A stretch of 64,000 nucleotides of DNA, taken from Lingula anatina. Lineage: Eukaryota > Animalia > Brachiopoda. The stretch lies in the NCBI GenBank assembly GCA_051362555.1, contig CM120641.1:24744401-24808400 (forward strand), read 5' to 3'. The notes beneath the pieces were generated by a model. The model made no database searches, was not told the DNA's origin, and was given only the letters and a program-made list of their open reading frames with translations. This document shows, piece after piece, positions 49,801 through 62,709 of the stretch (positions are counted from its first letter, which is position 1; each line of letters opens with the position of its first letter). A program made the position numbers and the translations under genes.

Positions 49801-52454
49801 CTGCAACAAAGACTAGTAAGGTTCACCAACAGTTCATGAGCTTCCATAAAAGAGATAACACCAAGTGTACTGAGACTAGCCCTGTCTCTGAAAGTTCGAC
49901 ATCTTCTGTCAAGATGGAACATGCTTCACCAAAACCGGAAGCCATTGCCATGTCTGCATCATCTTCAAAGACTGGATCAGCCCAAGGAGCAGCAGTTGCC
50001 AAAGACTGGGCTGTTCAGTATAAAACTAGAGCCTTTGAGGCCAAAGACACTTTCACAACCAAAATGATTGCTTCTCAAAAACAGTATCTGGAGGTGCCAA
50101 AACAGCGAGATAGATCAAGAAGTCCTGACCCTAATACAAAGAGGGAACCAACAGCAGTGGCTCCAACAACACATGAACCAATTGCATCGAAACTGGAAGG
50201 GAAACCCGCAAAATTTAGCATTGAAAAGCTCTCTGACATTAAACTGGCAAAATTTGGCCAAGATGCCGGTTCACCAAAGACATCAGTTTCAAAAGTTCAG
50301 AAGGTTCCTGAAAAGGAAACCAGATCATCTGTCAGTTCCACCAAGGATTTACTTGATGATACAAGTGTTAGACCAAGAGCTTCCAGCTTTGAAAGAAAGT
50401 CTACTGGCTCAGATAAAGTAGGTTTTGTTCAGTACAGAAAGATGCAGTTTGCAGATGGCAGTGATGCTGACTCTTCCTCTGGAAGTTTGATTGACAAAGG
50501 GAGCAAGGAAAGCTCACCAAGACCTGACGATACTGACAAAAAAGTGGGCGAATGTTCTGTGGAATTCAAAAAATGGATGGAAGATGATGGGAAAATTGTG
50601 GACATATCTCCTCAGAGTAGAGAGAAGAAGGATTTTGAGTCAGTCAAAAGCAAAAAGGTTGAAATGGGATTGTCAACAAATCTTGGTTTAGATTATAACA
50701 AAAAGCAGCTGAGACAAAGACGTGCTGGTCAGGATGGAAAACCAAGCAAGGAATTGTCTGTCTCCATCCCTGCCAATACCACATCATCTAACAAAGTTTT
50801 CAATGCTGCTGAAGGTAAAGATCTGTTTGCAAGACAAGATGGCCATGCAGGGACTACAGGGTCATCAGATGGCACCAAATCAAAAAATGAAGCAAAACCT
50901 CCCAGTCCCATACAGAAACCTTTAATAGAGCATGTGTCACCAGTCATGTCCCCAGTGAGGAAACTGAAGTCAGCAACTGAACTCATGCATGACAGTCAGA
51001 GCAGACGACATGCAGCCAGGCTGGCCAAGAGAGAGAGTATGGAGAAGAAAATTGAGAAGGAGGAGAAAACACCGACAACTCCCCCTGCAGGAGAAAGTCC
51101 AAGAGTCCAAGCTGACAGGAAATCCAGCAGGGTGCTATCCATTGTTAAATCTTGGTCAAGGGAGAATACCCCAGAACCTAACCTGAAATCCCCTGTATGG
51201 CCATCCCCTGTCAGAGGAGAGCCTGCACTCAGTATAACCAGGACATCTTCACCAGCATCCGTGGACTTCAATGTCCGCATGCGACGGCCATCTTCTTCCT
51301 CTGTCACCAGTGAAGGGGACTTGACAAGGTTCAGAGCTGGACTCAGAGACTTGATGCTCTCCCCCACTGAGGGCAAGGTACAAAAACTAAAGGAGGCTTT
51401 TGTATCAGAGAATTCAGCCAAACCATCCACGGAAAAACTGTCTCCAGTGGGGAACACCAAGGCCAGCCCACTACGGAGGAAATCCTATGAGGCTCCAAAA
51501 CACGGGACAGTATTAAAACACAGCTCATTGTTTCAAGGCAGGATTGATTCTTTTGATTCTGAGAGCCCCCCCAGTGCTGGCAGCTCGCGCCATGGCTCAC
51601 AGACAAACTTGGACAATCCTGCTCCAAAGGTCACCTCAAAGTCTCCACTCACTGAAAGAGAACGTAACCCCAGACAAACTCAAAAGAAAACAGAAGCCGA
51701 GAAAGATGCCAGAGTAACAGAAAAAGAAAATGTAAGTGTCATGAAACAAACTGATATGTCCAAAGCCAACAATGAGGGCACAAAAGAAACTGTGAGAAAA
51801 GTTTCTCCAAGAAATTTAGAACCTCGCCAGAGAGCATATGGGCGTGCTCGCACTGCTCCAGTGCCAAGTTTAAGTTCTCAGTACACAAGCATGGGAACCA
51901 CTTACCTCAAGAAGAAAGATGTCAATGACAACACTGATGACAAGGAAAATGTTGCTGATAATGACAGCAAGGAGTGCCAAGTAGAGCAAAATCAAGGGGA
52001 GACATCTGTCAGCACTGACCTAAAAGGGGACACCCCCACCCAACTTATGGGGAGCAGAAGGAGGGTGCTGAAACCTGATACTGTCACCCAGGGCACAAAG
52101 GCTGTGACCCCAACAAAAGACATACCAGTTATGGAGAAGACTGACATGGGACAGTTGAGGATGAGGCAGAGGAGGACAAGGGAAATCTCAACCTCTGTTA
52201 CTCCACCTGTAACACCCAGTCCTAAGTCTTCCATTTCTTCAACAGCAGTTACTGATTCTCCAACACAGGCCCCTACACCAGTGAAATCCTCGACACCTTC
52301 ATCTGTTCCTTCTCCAGAGGCTAAGTCTGAGGAGCAGGTGCCCACAGCCTCCAGCAGGAGTCAAGAGGAAGACAAGAAAAAAAGCAAAACAAAACAGTTC
52401 ATGGATAGTCACTGGCTACAGAAACCAAAGAGGTTTTTCAAAATATCAAAGTGA
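39184..52454 (+). CDS. Uncharacterised ~2095-aa Ser/Lys-rich, largely disordered protein with coiled coils (11 coding exons)
   Basis: Phase-consistent GT-AG exons: 39184-40489, 42939-43487, 44740-44790, 45089-45169, 46003-46651, 46803-46936, 47560-47714, 47960-48139, 48423-48617 (alternative donor after 48632), 49108-49273, 49633-52454 (6288 nt, open). In-frame stop upstream of the ATG; upstream acceptor at 38880. Coiled coil GLDHLDNLCRLMEQLAGLKEEN. I do not recognise the family. Confidence 0.8.
41284..42378 (+). mobile_element. Full-length HINE/DINE-1-like element
   Basis: Same 5' hairpin, microsatellite and 3' subTIR/stem-loop as 8548-10931. Three ~160-bp internal repeats start near 41396, 41555 and 41717. 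T-rich flanks, no TSD. Confidence 0.82.
43789..43883. repeat. Compound (CT)n-(CG)-(CA)n microsatellite
   Basis: Seen directly. Confidence 0.9.
44405..44613 (+). repeat. Local imperfect direct duplication (~70 bp, period ~140 bp)
   Basis: atatcagcaatgcctcactttcaaacaaatt at ~44417 and ~44555. Confidence 0.75.
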
Positions 52455-52755
52455 GTCAGTTCTCTCTTTTTTCTCTTCCTGCCTTTTTTGTCTGTCAACT
52501 TGCTTATTTTATCCATTCTTTTCACAGATCCACCCACCGTCTGTACTTCCCCACTGTTGTATTAGTATTACCCTACATCCTAAATGCCCATCTTAACTTT
52601 CTTACATACGTATCTATAATATTTATATGTACCTGTCCTATTTAGCAATTTGTACCTACACGTCCATCATACTTGCAGAGCCTACATGAAGCACCTGTCA
52701 TACAGTACATACATTTCCTGATTCTTGATTTTATTGTTTTTACTGTTAGTATAAC

Positions 52756-52805
52756 TGTGTGTGTGTGTGTGTTTGTTTGTGTGTGTGTAAGTGTGTGTTT
52801 GTGTT
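52756..52805. repeat. Imperfect (GT)n microsatellite in the probable 3' UTR
   Basis: Seen directly. Confidence 0.85.
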
Positions 52806-55800
52806 TAGGTAGGTTTGCATGCAAATGTGTTTGTGATACTAAGTTATACAGCATATTTATTTACTGAAGCGATTTTGTTGAATCATTTTGGCTGCAATAA
52901 TGATATTTTTCAGAGTTGAATTTTTAGAGAGGGAAAGCTATTGCTGAGGTTAGTCCCAGTCTTCAAGAAATCTATTCTTCTGATGTGTGTGTTAGCTCTG
53001 CCACAAGGACATGAAATTAGTATTGTGTTAAGCAAAACAATCATACTATCATCTTTCTACCTTGACTACTTACTTTTTCAAGTAAAATCTTTAAAAATTA
53101 TGTATTTGTTCACTGGTTCTCACACCTTCTGCATGGCTGAATAAAAAGGGGCACTTTGAAATATAACTCAGTAAAAAAAAAGATTAGATTTCAAACATTT
53201 TGTAAGGGAAAAGTTCTTTGCCAAAGGTCAAGGTCCCAAAGTCAAGGTCCAAAGATTTATTTGATATTTCCCTTGTCTTTTTATCTTCACGCTGCAGTTT
53301 CAAACTTGAATTGGCTCATCAATCTTGTATCTGCTTCACAGCTTCCAACCAGCATTGCTGTACTGTAGTCACCAAGGAGTTGGTGCTAAAATTGAGCGAT
53401 GATGTTTTTATTTTAATCTTGGGGTTCCGTGATAGTTTGTAAAATCTCACAAAGTGATTTTTTCATCAAGGGGATCTATGATCGTTTATAAAATCCTGCA
53501 AAGTGATTCCTCCCCAGACGGCCAATACATTCCATGTTCATTAATAAGACCCTGCAGCCAAGTAATTACATTGCTTTGGTAATGGATGAACGCATCTCTT
53601 GATGTATGGCCACAGGGATAACACCCGGTCTGGTGTCTGGCTCCATGAGCAGGCCCAGCTTCCCATAATGAAAGTACACATCATTTCCTTGTGCTTCTAT
53701 ATTAAATTAATACCGTCTATTTTTTTTCTTTGTTTGGAGAAAACTTTATTTATGCTTTTGTCCTTCCCCTGATAATAGAGCATATAGCAGCAATATGGTT
53801 GGTGGCTGCTGCATTGGTTTTGGTGGGGTTTAACAAGGAACAGGCTGCTGTGCTTGTAACATTACTTATGAAAACATTTTTAACACTAGAAGGGTTCTAT
53901 AAAAGAAAAAAATATTGTCACTCAAGTCGCTAAACTTAACGTATGCCGCATTCACAACCAAAGTTGATCTGTGGATTAACAGATCCGTATATCAAATATG
54001 GCCGACCTACTTGAAAGCTTGCCAGGGAATCTATTCATTGTCTGTTAGGGGATTATGCAGCAAGTTTTTAAGTGGGACGCCTATATTTGATCCGCTGATC
54101 TGTTTGGCCATGGATCAACTTGTTCTGAATGCGCGTATAGGAATTATTATCATATGAGAAATGATAAATGTAACTTTATAGCAGACAACCTAGTTTGAAT
54201 AGATCTTTTTTTTCCAATTTAAGGATCTCCATTTCCTTTTTCTTTTCCTTTTCCTTTGAAGCAGGGATAGTTGGAAACTGAAGAAAAAAATGTACTTTAA
54301 TACATGATGCTTATATTAATGCTTTGTATATTTTCAGGTGTTAAAGTGAGGCAAGTATGGGGACCATTTGCTGGGATTACTGATTGAAATGACACTTGTT
54401 TCTCGTCTCCACTGAGGCTTCTTTCTGCATGACTGCACCACAGTACAGTTATAATTTGAAGGACTTGAATGATCACAAAAACCTCAAACATAAACCAGAA
54501 ATAACTCAATTCTTGGAAATTGTTCTATTTGTGTTTTTAAACTGTCCCTTGCATGTAGTTGTTTCATATTTTCATTAGTTTATTTATAAAATGGTTTTGT
54601 AAGATTTCTATATCAATGATGTAATATCTATAGAAATGAAAATATGACAAATTAATAATTATTTGAAAGGCATGTGGGAGATTTATAATAATTTTGGGGC
54701 AAATTATTTTGCCATCATTCTCTTAAAAAAGAGGGCCCTGGTAATGATTAAACCCCAAGGAGTAATGGAGTCAAGGAAGTCGAGAACTGCTGAGCCATTT
54801 ACCATTCTTGTGGAAATAAACTTAACACAGAAATTAGAGCTTTCTCCACCTCAATTACGGAAGGGTGCAGAGACTGATTAAATTGTTGATAGGTGTGGAA
54901 ACAAATACAAATGCAAGCTGATTCCACCAGGAGAGCAGAAGTTGCTGATCAGTTCTTTCCCCAGGGTCTCTCCCCAGGGTCTGGAAGCTCCACAGTGTCC
55001 CAATGGAACCAGTTATCACCAGTTACAGCCCATAGTTTCCACTATTCAGGTGAACAATTAACACCAATGATTCCATTGCTTTCCCGGTTCAACAGTTTTT
55101 AAGAAATTATGATTCCAGGGAGGACATTCTGATGCATAGCTGGCTGCAGTTTCAGTTATTGAGAGCAGTGCATTATTGGAATTGGTCAATTAGACGTGTT
55201 CAACAGGAGCTAGAATGGTGCCAGAGCTGAAACTGCCTGGAACAGGAATCAATACTAGTCGCAGCTTAAGAAAGATAGGAGGCTTGATGCAGAGAGAAAG
55301 TGGTATTAGACTGTACCACTGCTCTGTTGGGTTGTGGTGTGTGCCTTCACTGATCTTGCAATAAACTTGGTTGCAATGAACAAATTGTTCAATTGATTTC
55401 TTCAGAGGATAAGGCTAAACAAATCAAAGATGTTGCCAGTGCACATTTATACAAATATGGAAATTGTTTGATATGCAACAATATCTCATTCTTGTTATAT
55501 TCCAGTTGAATTTTAAATTTGAATTTGTTAAGGGATATGTACAAAATATTGCAATACTTAATTCGAAGCATGACAGCTTTGTTCATCCAAGTTCAAAGCA
55601 ACATTGAAATTTATGAAATTAAGCTACATCATAGTTAAGGTGCGTATCAATTTATTCTGTAGATTTGTTTAACATGAAATAGAGTACTCTACCTCTTGAT
55701 ATTTAGTTTTATAATTTATTATTATTTGTTGCAATGTCTTCATCTTGCCTTTCTGTCTTATTTGTTCATCAGTTTACACCACCTAACTTGTATGAAATAC

Positions 55801-58800
55801 CAGTATGTAATTTTGATGTCTCTGTAATATCATGGATTATTGGTTCGTTCAAGGAGTTTCTCAACAGAGTTGAAACTCCTTGGTTCGTTTCAGTGTACAG
55901 AGTGAGGCAGCCTTGTGCCTTAAAGAAATGGAAATCATATGAGACATCACACTAGACTAGAAAGTGCAAGAATCTGCCTGAGCTCGGGTTAACTTTTCAG
56001 GACGAAACCCTATGCGCCAGGAATGTCGTCCTAGAAAGCAATACAAATGTCACATTCAAATCTTGGTTGAGCAACAGACTGTAATTTGGCAGAACTCATA
56101 AAAAAAATGACCAGAAAAACATCCTTTGGTGAATTCTGCCAGCTTTTATTTGTTGCCACACCACAGTCACTACCGGGTAGTCTGCCATTATTTCTGGCCT
56201 CCTTGTCCTCCAAATCCTGTGAAATATTTCTTGATTTTACACTTTGGGCTACTTGTATCTTGCATGATTCCCTTTGGTTATGTTCACATTTCTATTGACT
56301 TAATATGGCCGAGGCATGCTGATGATAGAGATAAGCTTTTAACAATCTTTGAAACTTGGGGGTTCTCTTAGTGTTTTCTCATGGTAAACTTGACATTGTC
56401 CTAGACCATTCTTATTATCACTATGAAAACACTGTCACAGTGATGAGCAGGGTAAAACACCATCAAGTATTTTTCTTCTGGTTGTTGGTATTTATAATTT
56501 AATTCAGTTATTATATGTACATTATTCATTACTCTGTAAGTTATTTTGTTAACTGGCTTGCTCTGTGCAATCAAGGTTAATTTGCCTTCTTTATGATAAT
56601 CCCAGTCTGGATTCTTTACACTCTAGTAGATATTTATGAATATTTTACAGACTTATTTGACTTATTAGAATACTCATATAAATTATTTTAGTCATTTATT
56701 TTACCTCTGCCAATATTTACATATTTACATGGTTGTGGATTGAGAGAGAAAAGGTTGGAAAAAGATAACTTTTATCTGGTTAACGCCTATGTGAGGTGGA
56801 TATTTGTTGTATTTTAACCTCCTGGACAGCAGTTATTTTGAAGGCTTTTGAGACTTCATACAAGCTAGAGACAGCAGGCACCACATGTCAGTTATATTGT
56901 ATTTGAACCCGCCTTTGGTTGGTGTTATATCATAACTAAGATACTCAATAAAATGAGATGAATCTTTGCACTATCTTATCTGTTTATGCTTGTGTATTAA
57001 AATACAGGTTAAATAAGTTGTCAAATTTTCTGATCAGAAATTATACATTTCACAATTTTGGGTATAAATATCTATTATTATTTTACAAGAGGATATTTTT
57101 CATTTTTATCATTTATTCAGAAAATATTTATTCATCACTTGAAACGAAAATGTAAACTGTATACTCAACAGAGCGTGTCATTGTAAAGAAAGGATTTTTG
57201 AACTGCAATGGCTTCCTTGGTTGATTATGCCTTTTAGCAAAATAATAAAAATGGGATTGTATTTCTTTTCTTAGTTTAAACATATGAAGTGGGGAAAAGT
57301 CCAACTCGCATATCAAAAAATGAAGTTAATTCGTTTACCATAACTTAATATATGAAAAAATAAAATTTTAATTTGCCACATTTTATCTAGGCGCGTATGT
57401 AAAAAGGAAGTCAAATTAATTTATTGCCAAAATTTGCGATTAACAAAACTCGCAGCTCTGTTTTCAAATATTATTACACATGGAACCTGAAACCGCTTAG
57501 TTTTACTTAAAACTAGCAAAAAGGAATAAAACTTAAAAGATATAAATGCTATTTTTAAAATAAAAACTCCAAATAATTGCCCTATTGTTTTTATCATTAA
57601 GAGGGACCTTTGACTTGTTGAGAACTTTATCATCACTAAAAGTGTGTCAGTTAAAATGATTATTAATCATGGATTGATTCGTTACTTTTTTCTGCTGGAA
57701 ATGGGCAAATACAAAACAGTACCTTGATTTTATTCAAATCCACTAAACAACGTACTTTTTTTTTGTACTTGCCCATTCTAAAACAGTACTTTGATTTTAT
57801 TCATAGTAAACAGATACTTTACGAAGCCACTAAAAAAGCGAAATTTGTATTCCTTTTTATTTCATTTAGATTTATTACAATATAGATACGCACTAAAAGT
57901 ACGAACGCGGCAACTGCATTAACGTGAACGGAGATAAATGCAACGTGACAATTACTATTTCAGTCGCGTGACTCCTCTGTTCGTTCCTATGATTCATTAA
58001 TTCATCAGAAAATAACTTTCTCGGAATAAAATTACCAAATTTGCTCAGACAAGTGCGTAATTTCAAATAACACGAAATAGTTGTATTAACAGTAATGGAT
58101 CGTATTGTACTATCCACCTTCTTGAGCAGATTGTTGTCAAACTGAAAGATATTTTGAGACACCATCTTCTGTTGAACGTTGATTAAAAATGTATTCACGA
58201 AGTATTTATAACCATATTCTTGTAGTCTTTTGTGTCAGGTTACATTTTTTATAAATACTTGTCAACGCATTCCCTCTTTAAAAAACTGGCAAATAAATGA
58301 CAGATAATTTGGAGCAATAATACACGGTATTTATCACCCTTTCAGACATACCAGACATCTGAATAACCTAGCATTCGAGTTAAAATTATTTGAAATTAAA
58401 TGACATTCTGTAAATCCTTCATGCGTATGAAATGCAAAATCCCCCTTTTCTATCCTTGGAAATGAAATAAGGCACTCAGTAACCTTGCTGTTTCTTTGAA
58501 ACCAAAGAAAAGTGCCTTATGATTGATAACGACATAACCAATATCGCACAATCTGGACGTGTCTCTTACAATTATGAATTTACGGACAACAAACGCATTA
58601 GTAGTCATGTAGTTCGGTTTTTGATATAAGCTACGCTCCACCGAGGCTGAAGATTTTAGCGTAAAACTTCATTTTGACGAATTCAGCACCAGCTAAAATT
58701 CAAATACAGAGAGGGAGAAAGAGAACTTGTACATTTTAAAGATTTTTTTGTGATATAGCCGTTCATTATTTCCATTATCCATAATTCACAGAAATACTCA

Positions 58801-59869
58801 TTAAGCTTCATTAAGATTTTTTAATGCTATCCTCTTAATCATAAAGCAGAATATCCTCGAGACATCGATTAGGTGAATTTTTACACGCATCATGAACATG
58901 CGACATTCTCGTTTTATTATTTCATAACATCATAAATATATGAAATAATTAAAATAAAATAAGACAATTAATCGCCTATCGTAATTCATACCCCATCTTA
59001 GACTAGTGGTTAGATTTATAATAGACACTTTAGCTGAAAGAACTTAGATATTAAAAAAAGCTTCTTTTCACAGGACTGGTCGCCTTTTCGAAAAAATATC
59101 CTTTCCTTTTTAACATTTGGTAACAGATCTATAAAATGAATATGCTTTAACATTGTGTTCACGGGTTGCGATCCGACAAACATTCTTTCATAAATAAAAA
59201 TATTTTGATTTCGCCAATGAAGGTACTTTTTTTACAATTGGACAGAACGGAGCTCGATTGAATTTAAAAGAATTGCGAGCTATGAAGGCCGCGCATATAC
59301 CCGTGTAGCTGCAGATCCTAACTTCCCTCTTCAACAACAAGATCATATGAAAACTATTTTTAAAAAAGCAATGCTGAATCGATTACGAAAAAATCTTTAA
59401 ATTCTATTAAAATTTTAGTTCGTGGTTAGGAATAACGTGCTCCTTTTAACCCTTTTAACCAGCGTCCGATCTGCCCGTTAAGATCAATCCACCGTAAAAT
59501 GAAGTTAACAGTTGAGCGGTAAACTTGTTACCGTGCCGGCGTGCCTTCATCCTTTGGCGGCTCAGGCGGCCATATCGACCGACAAAAGGGGTTCACAACA
59601 CCTGGGCGGGCTATCAGGCTTTCAATTAAGTTTCGTGTATTGTGAACCTTTAAACGGTGGTATATATTTCACGCCTAACCAGGAATTCTGACAGACGGCA
59701 AATCGAAGCCAATGGCTCAGAACATTTTGCACGCTCATCCCATGGCGAATAAGCTCCATTGACTGGAAGATTGGCGTTAGGTCGCGTCAATCACCGTCCT
59801 TGTGCATGTAACACCAAGATGACGACCGTCCTCTGCCTGTAATTAGTCAAAGCAATTGTTTAAACTAAA

Positions 59870-60054
59870 AATAAAGTAATTTTTCTTCAATCAACAGCTA
59901 CATATTGAAATACTTTACCTCCAATGTTTCGATGTCTAACAGAGCATCTTCACCTGGATACCCTCATTCCCTGATGAAGATGGTCTGGTAAACATCGAAA
60001 TATTGTAGGTAAACTATTTCAATATTGAGCTGTTGCTTGAAAAAATACTTTATT
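59870..60054. mobile_element. Inverted pair of Penelope-like pLTR remnants with minimal hammerhead ribozyme motifs
   Basis: ~88-bp imperfect inverted arms (59870-59958 / 59968-60054). The right arm reads CC-CTGATGA-A-GATG...CATC-GAAA-TATT-GTA-GG; the left arm carries a decayed core (CAGGTGA...GAAAC) on the minus strand. Confidence 0.7.
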
Positions 60055-62159
60055 CTTATAACATATGATGAAATTTTTCTCCAATTGTTTAAACCGCAGT
60101 GAATGGTGTTCAAGCAAATTACCTGTAGGCAAGGTTTTGTTTGATAGAAGGGGACGACTAGATATGCAAGCGCGTGTAAAGGATACCCAATCTAATAGAT
60201 ATGCAAATACGTGCAAAATGAAGGGCAGCATATATGAATTCGATTACAAGCAACAATGTTACTCTGCTTATTTATTTTTAGCACAACCCCTTTTCCATGA
60301 AATGAAGTTAAATATTTCATGTTTTCTTCAGCGCTAATTAATACGTCTCTAGTGAAACACATATTGACCATTCGTTTATTTACTTTATGTATTTATTATT
60401 TAAAGCTGACTTTCATTTTAATTATTATTTCGTCTTATTTTTTATCTTGGATCGCCCACTTAAAACATGTCTACAGGTAGCATGTCGTTTTCACATATGC
60501 CGCAAAAATCGATAAATTCCAGCTCGATGTCCACAATCGATCTGCATTCTATTATTGCCCGGTTGCTTTTTTCAATAATTGTATTAGCAAGGCATCAGGG
60601 ACAAATCCAGGATTTTTATCAAATTATATGTAATGGACTTCTTTTGCCTATTTATTATGCTCTTTTTTTTATTCACCCATTAGCCATTCTTCGGGGGAAG
60701 CGTACTTCGTTTCCTCAATGATACGAGACGATTTGTAGGCCTACTGTTGAAATGATACTTTTATTCAAAGTTATGACGTGCTAATATCTTCATCAATTCA
60801 ACTTTCTTTTATTTTGGGTATTACGTGTATAGCACCGGCCTGGTTAAAGAATCTCAAAACTACATTTATACTTTGTCAAATAATAGTTTCATTAAAATTA
60901 ATTTCAGCCTTGATATTCCATGGGTTAACATGATAAAATATGTATTTTTTTATGCGTGAAGGGGTTCTGTCATTTTAAAATCATTACCGAATGCATTTGT
61001 GTAAAAGTATGTGTGATAAAGCAGTTTTGTTAAAGGACTTAAATAAGTCATGTTGGCAACACATTGCAACGAAATTCGGGATTAGGCCAACGCAAAAAGG
61101 CTCATTCAGGGAGATCAAAATTCAAAATGTAATCTAGAAAAACGCCTAGGCCTACGCATAGGCCTAAGGGCCTACAGTTTTCAATGTTTGTTACAGAATG
61201 AGAAGGCAAAGATGACAATGGACCTTTAGGGAACCCTTGGACATAATAAGGTTATTATGTCCAAGGGGAACCACAAAACCTGTCCAAAATTTACTCCTGC
61301 ACCTTTTATGGCATAATGTGAAGCTAACGGTCGGTGCGGCACTACAAGCTACATCATGGCGGCATTTTCTGTCTTTAAATGCCAATCTTATGTTTTTAAA
61401 TATTAACTTTAAATCTAGACATGACAGTGAATAAATCAAAACATATCTAGCCCCAATGTGTGCGCTCAGTGGTAAATATAGAACTGTTAAAACTGTAAAC
61501 GAGAAGTAGGCCTACACATGTAGTCCCAAAATTAGGGGGTTTGGAGGTAGCTAAGAATTGCTCAAGTAGGCCTATTCTAGGGTCTTCAGTCTTTTTGCAG
61601 TGTAAATGAAATGCCAAGTAAATTTTATCTAACAAACAGTTTTGGGATGAAGGCACATGATACCGATTCGATGAAAAGGATCTCTTCGATGTAAGACAGT
61701 TAAACCCAACTTTGATCCGCCAGCGTCTCCCGTTACTGAGCGGACCAGCATCTCGCTCTAGGCCTAGTAGACCGCTGTCCAGACGTTGCCGCACTGCAAA
61801 TGAAGTTGATCACCATCTCCTTCCCACCCATCGCACTGATGTAGTTACGTGTCATGAGTCGACGTATAATTTTTCTAACCTTTTTGTTATTAAATTACCA
61901 TACAAATACTGCCTATCAATAACTTAGATAGAAAATCCATAATTGGAAAGGGAGAACGCACCAAGCGCGTATTGACATGTGGCAACACTAATAAACTGAT
62001 CACTAAAATCTCGGGGGTAGATCAAAGTAGATTAGGATGAAAGTGTTTTCACAATGCCATTGTTCCATATCGATTTTCCTTGTTCTGCTACCGAAAGGTT
62101 TTGTTGAACAGTACTAATACGGCTTTTGTTCACATCCAATGACCTTTCATTTTGGCTCA

Positions 62160-62230
62160 CTTTTAGCCGCAAGGTGGCGCTGCGTACAGGAAGCGCTAAT
62201 GACATCCGGGCCATAACAATGTGCTCATTT
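62160..62230 (+). promoter_or_regulatory. Putative core promoter of the third gene
   Basis: CpG-rich patch with ETS-like ACAGGAAG and ACATCCGG and YY1-like CAAGGTGGCG, ~270 bp upstream of the ATG. Confidence 0.35.
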
Positions 62231-62487
62231 ACTTGTGGATTCGAATGCTTAGCAGGTGTCCAAAATAGCTTTCATCAGTGTCAACAGTAGCGTGGCCAGG
62301 CTTTAGCCCACTAGAACTCAATGATACTGAACACAGTGTTCCTACCATTCATGTGAATCGACGTTTTGTTTTTTGAGTCCAGGATAAAGTCGAAGGAGGG
62401 GCAAGGAGTGGGAGTTAATCAGGAACTCGTCGTTCAGGGAGAGTGACTCGGTGACAGCTGATAACAGTGAATCTAATAACAATGAAA

Positions 62488-62709
62488 ATGGCGGAGTCTG
62501 ATTGTCAACCAGCTGAGAATGGCGTCCATTCTCCCGGGACTCAGCTGAAATTGGGTGTTAAATGTCCTCGCCTGGATATGAGCACGGTGAACTGTAAAAC
62601 TGTCCTAGACGGACTGGACCCCGCTGTTGTTATCGTGCCCAAACTCAATGGACTGGACACAGAACATAACAACAATAAAACTACCACCGATCAGCAACAA
62701 ACGAAACAG
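62488..62709 (+). CDS. First coding exon of an unidentified gene that continues beyond the window
   Basis: aaaATGGCG start (alternative ATG at 62482), MAESDCQPAENGVHSPG...DQQQTKQ, strong phase-0 donor CAG|GTAAGC, CpG-rich context. Confidence 0.65.

Noticed and set aside
49644-52345. Antisense and shifted-frame ORFs over the large exons
   Set aside because: Shadows of long low-complexity coding exons, without independent splice or start support.
61140-61780. Recurrent TAGGCCTA palindromes and the 115-aa minus ORF at 61447-61794
   Set aside because: The short palindromes are irregularly spaced, like TACATGTA elsewhere in the window, and the ORF has no recognisable motif or exon structure.
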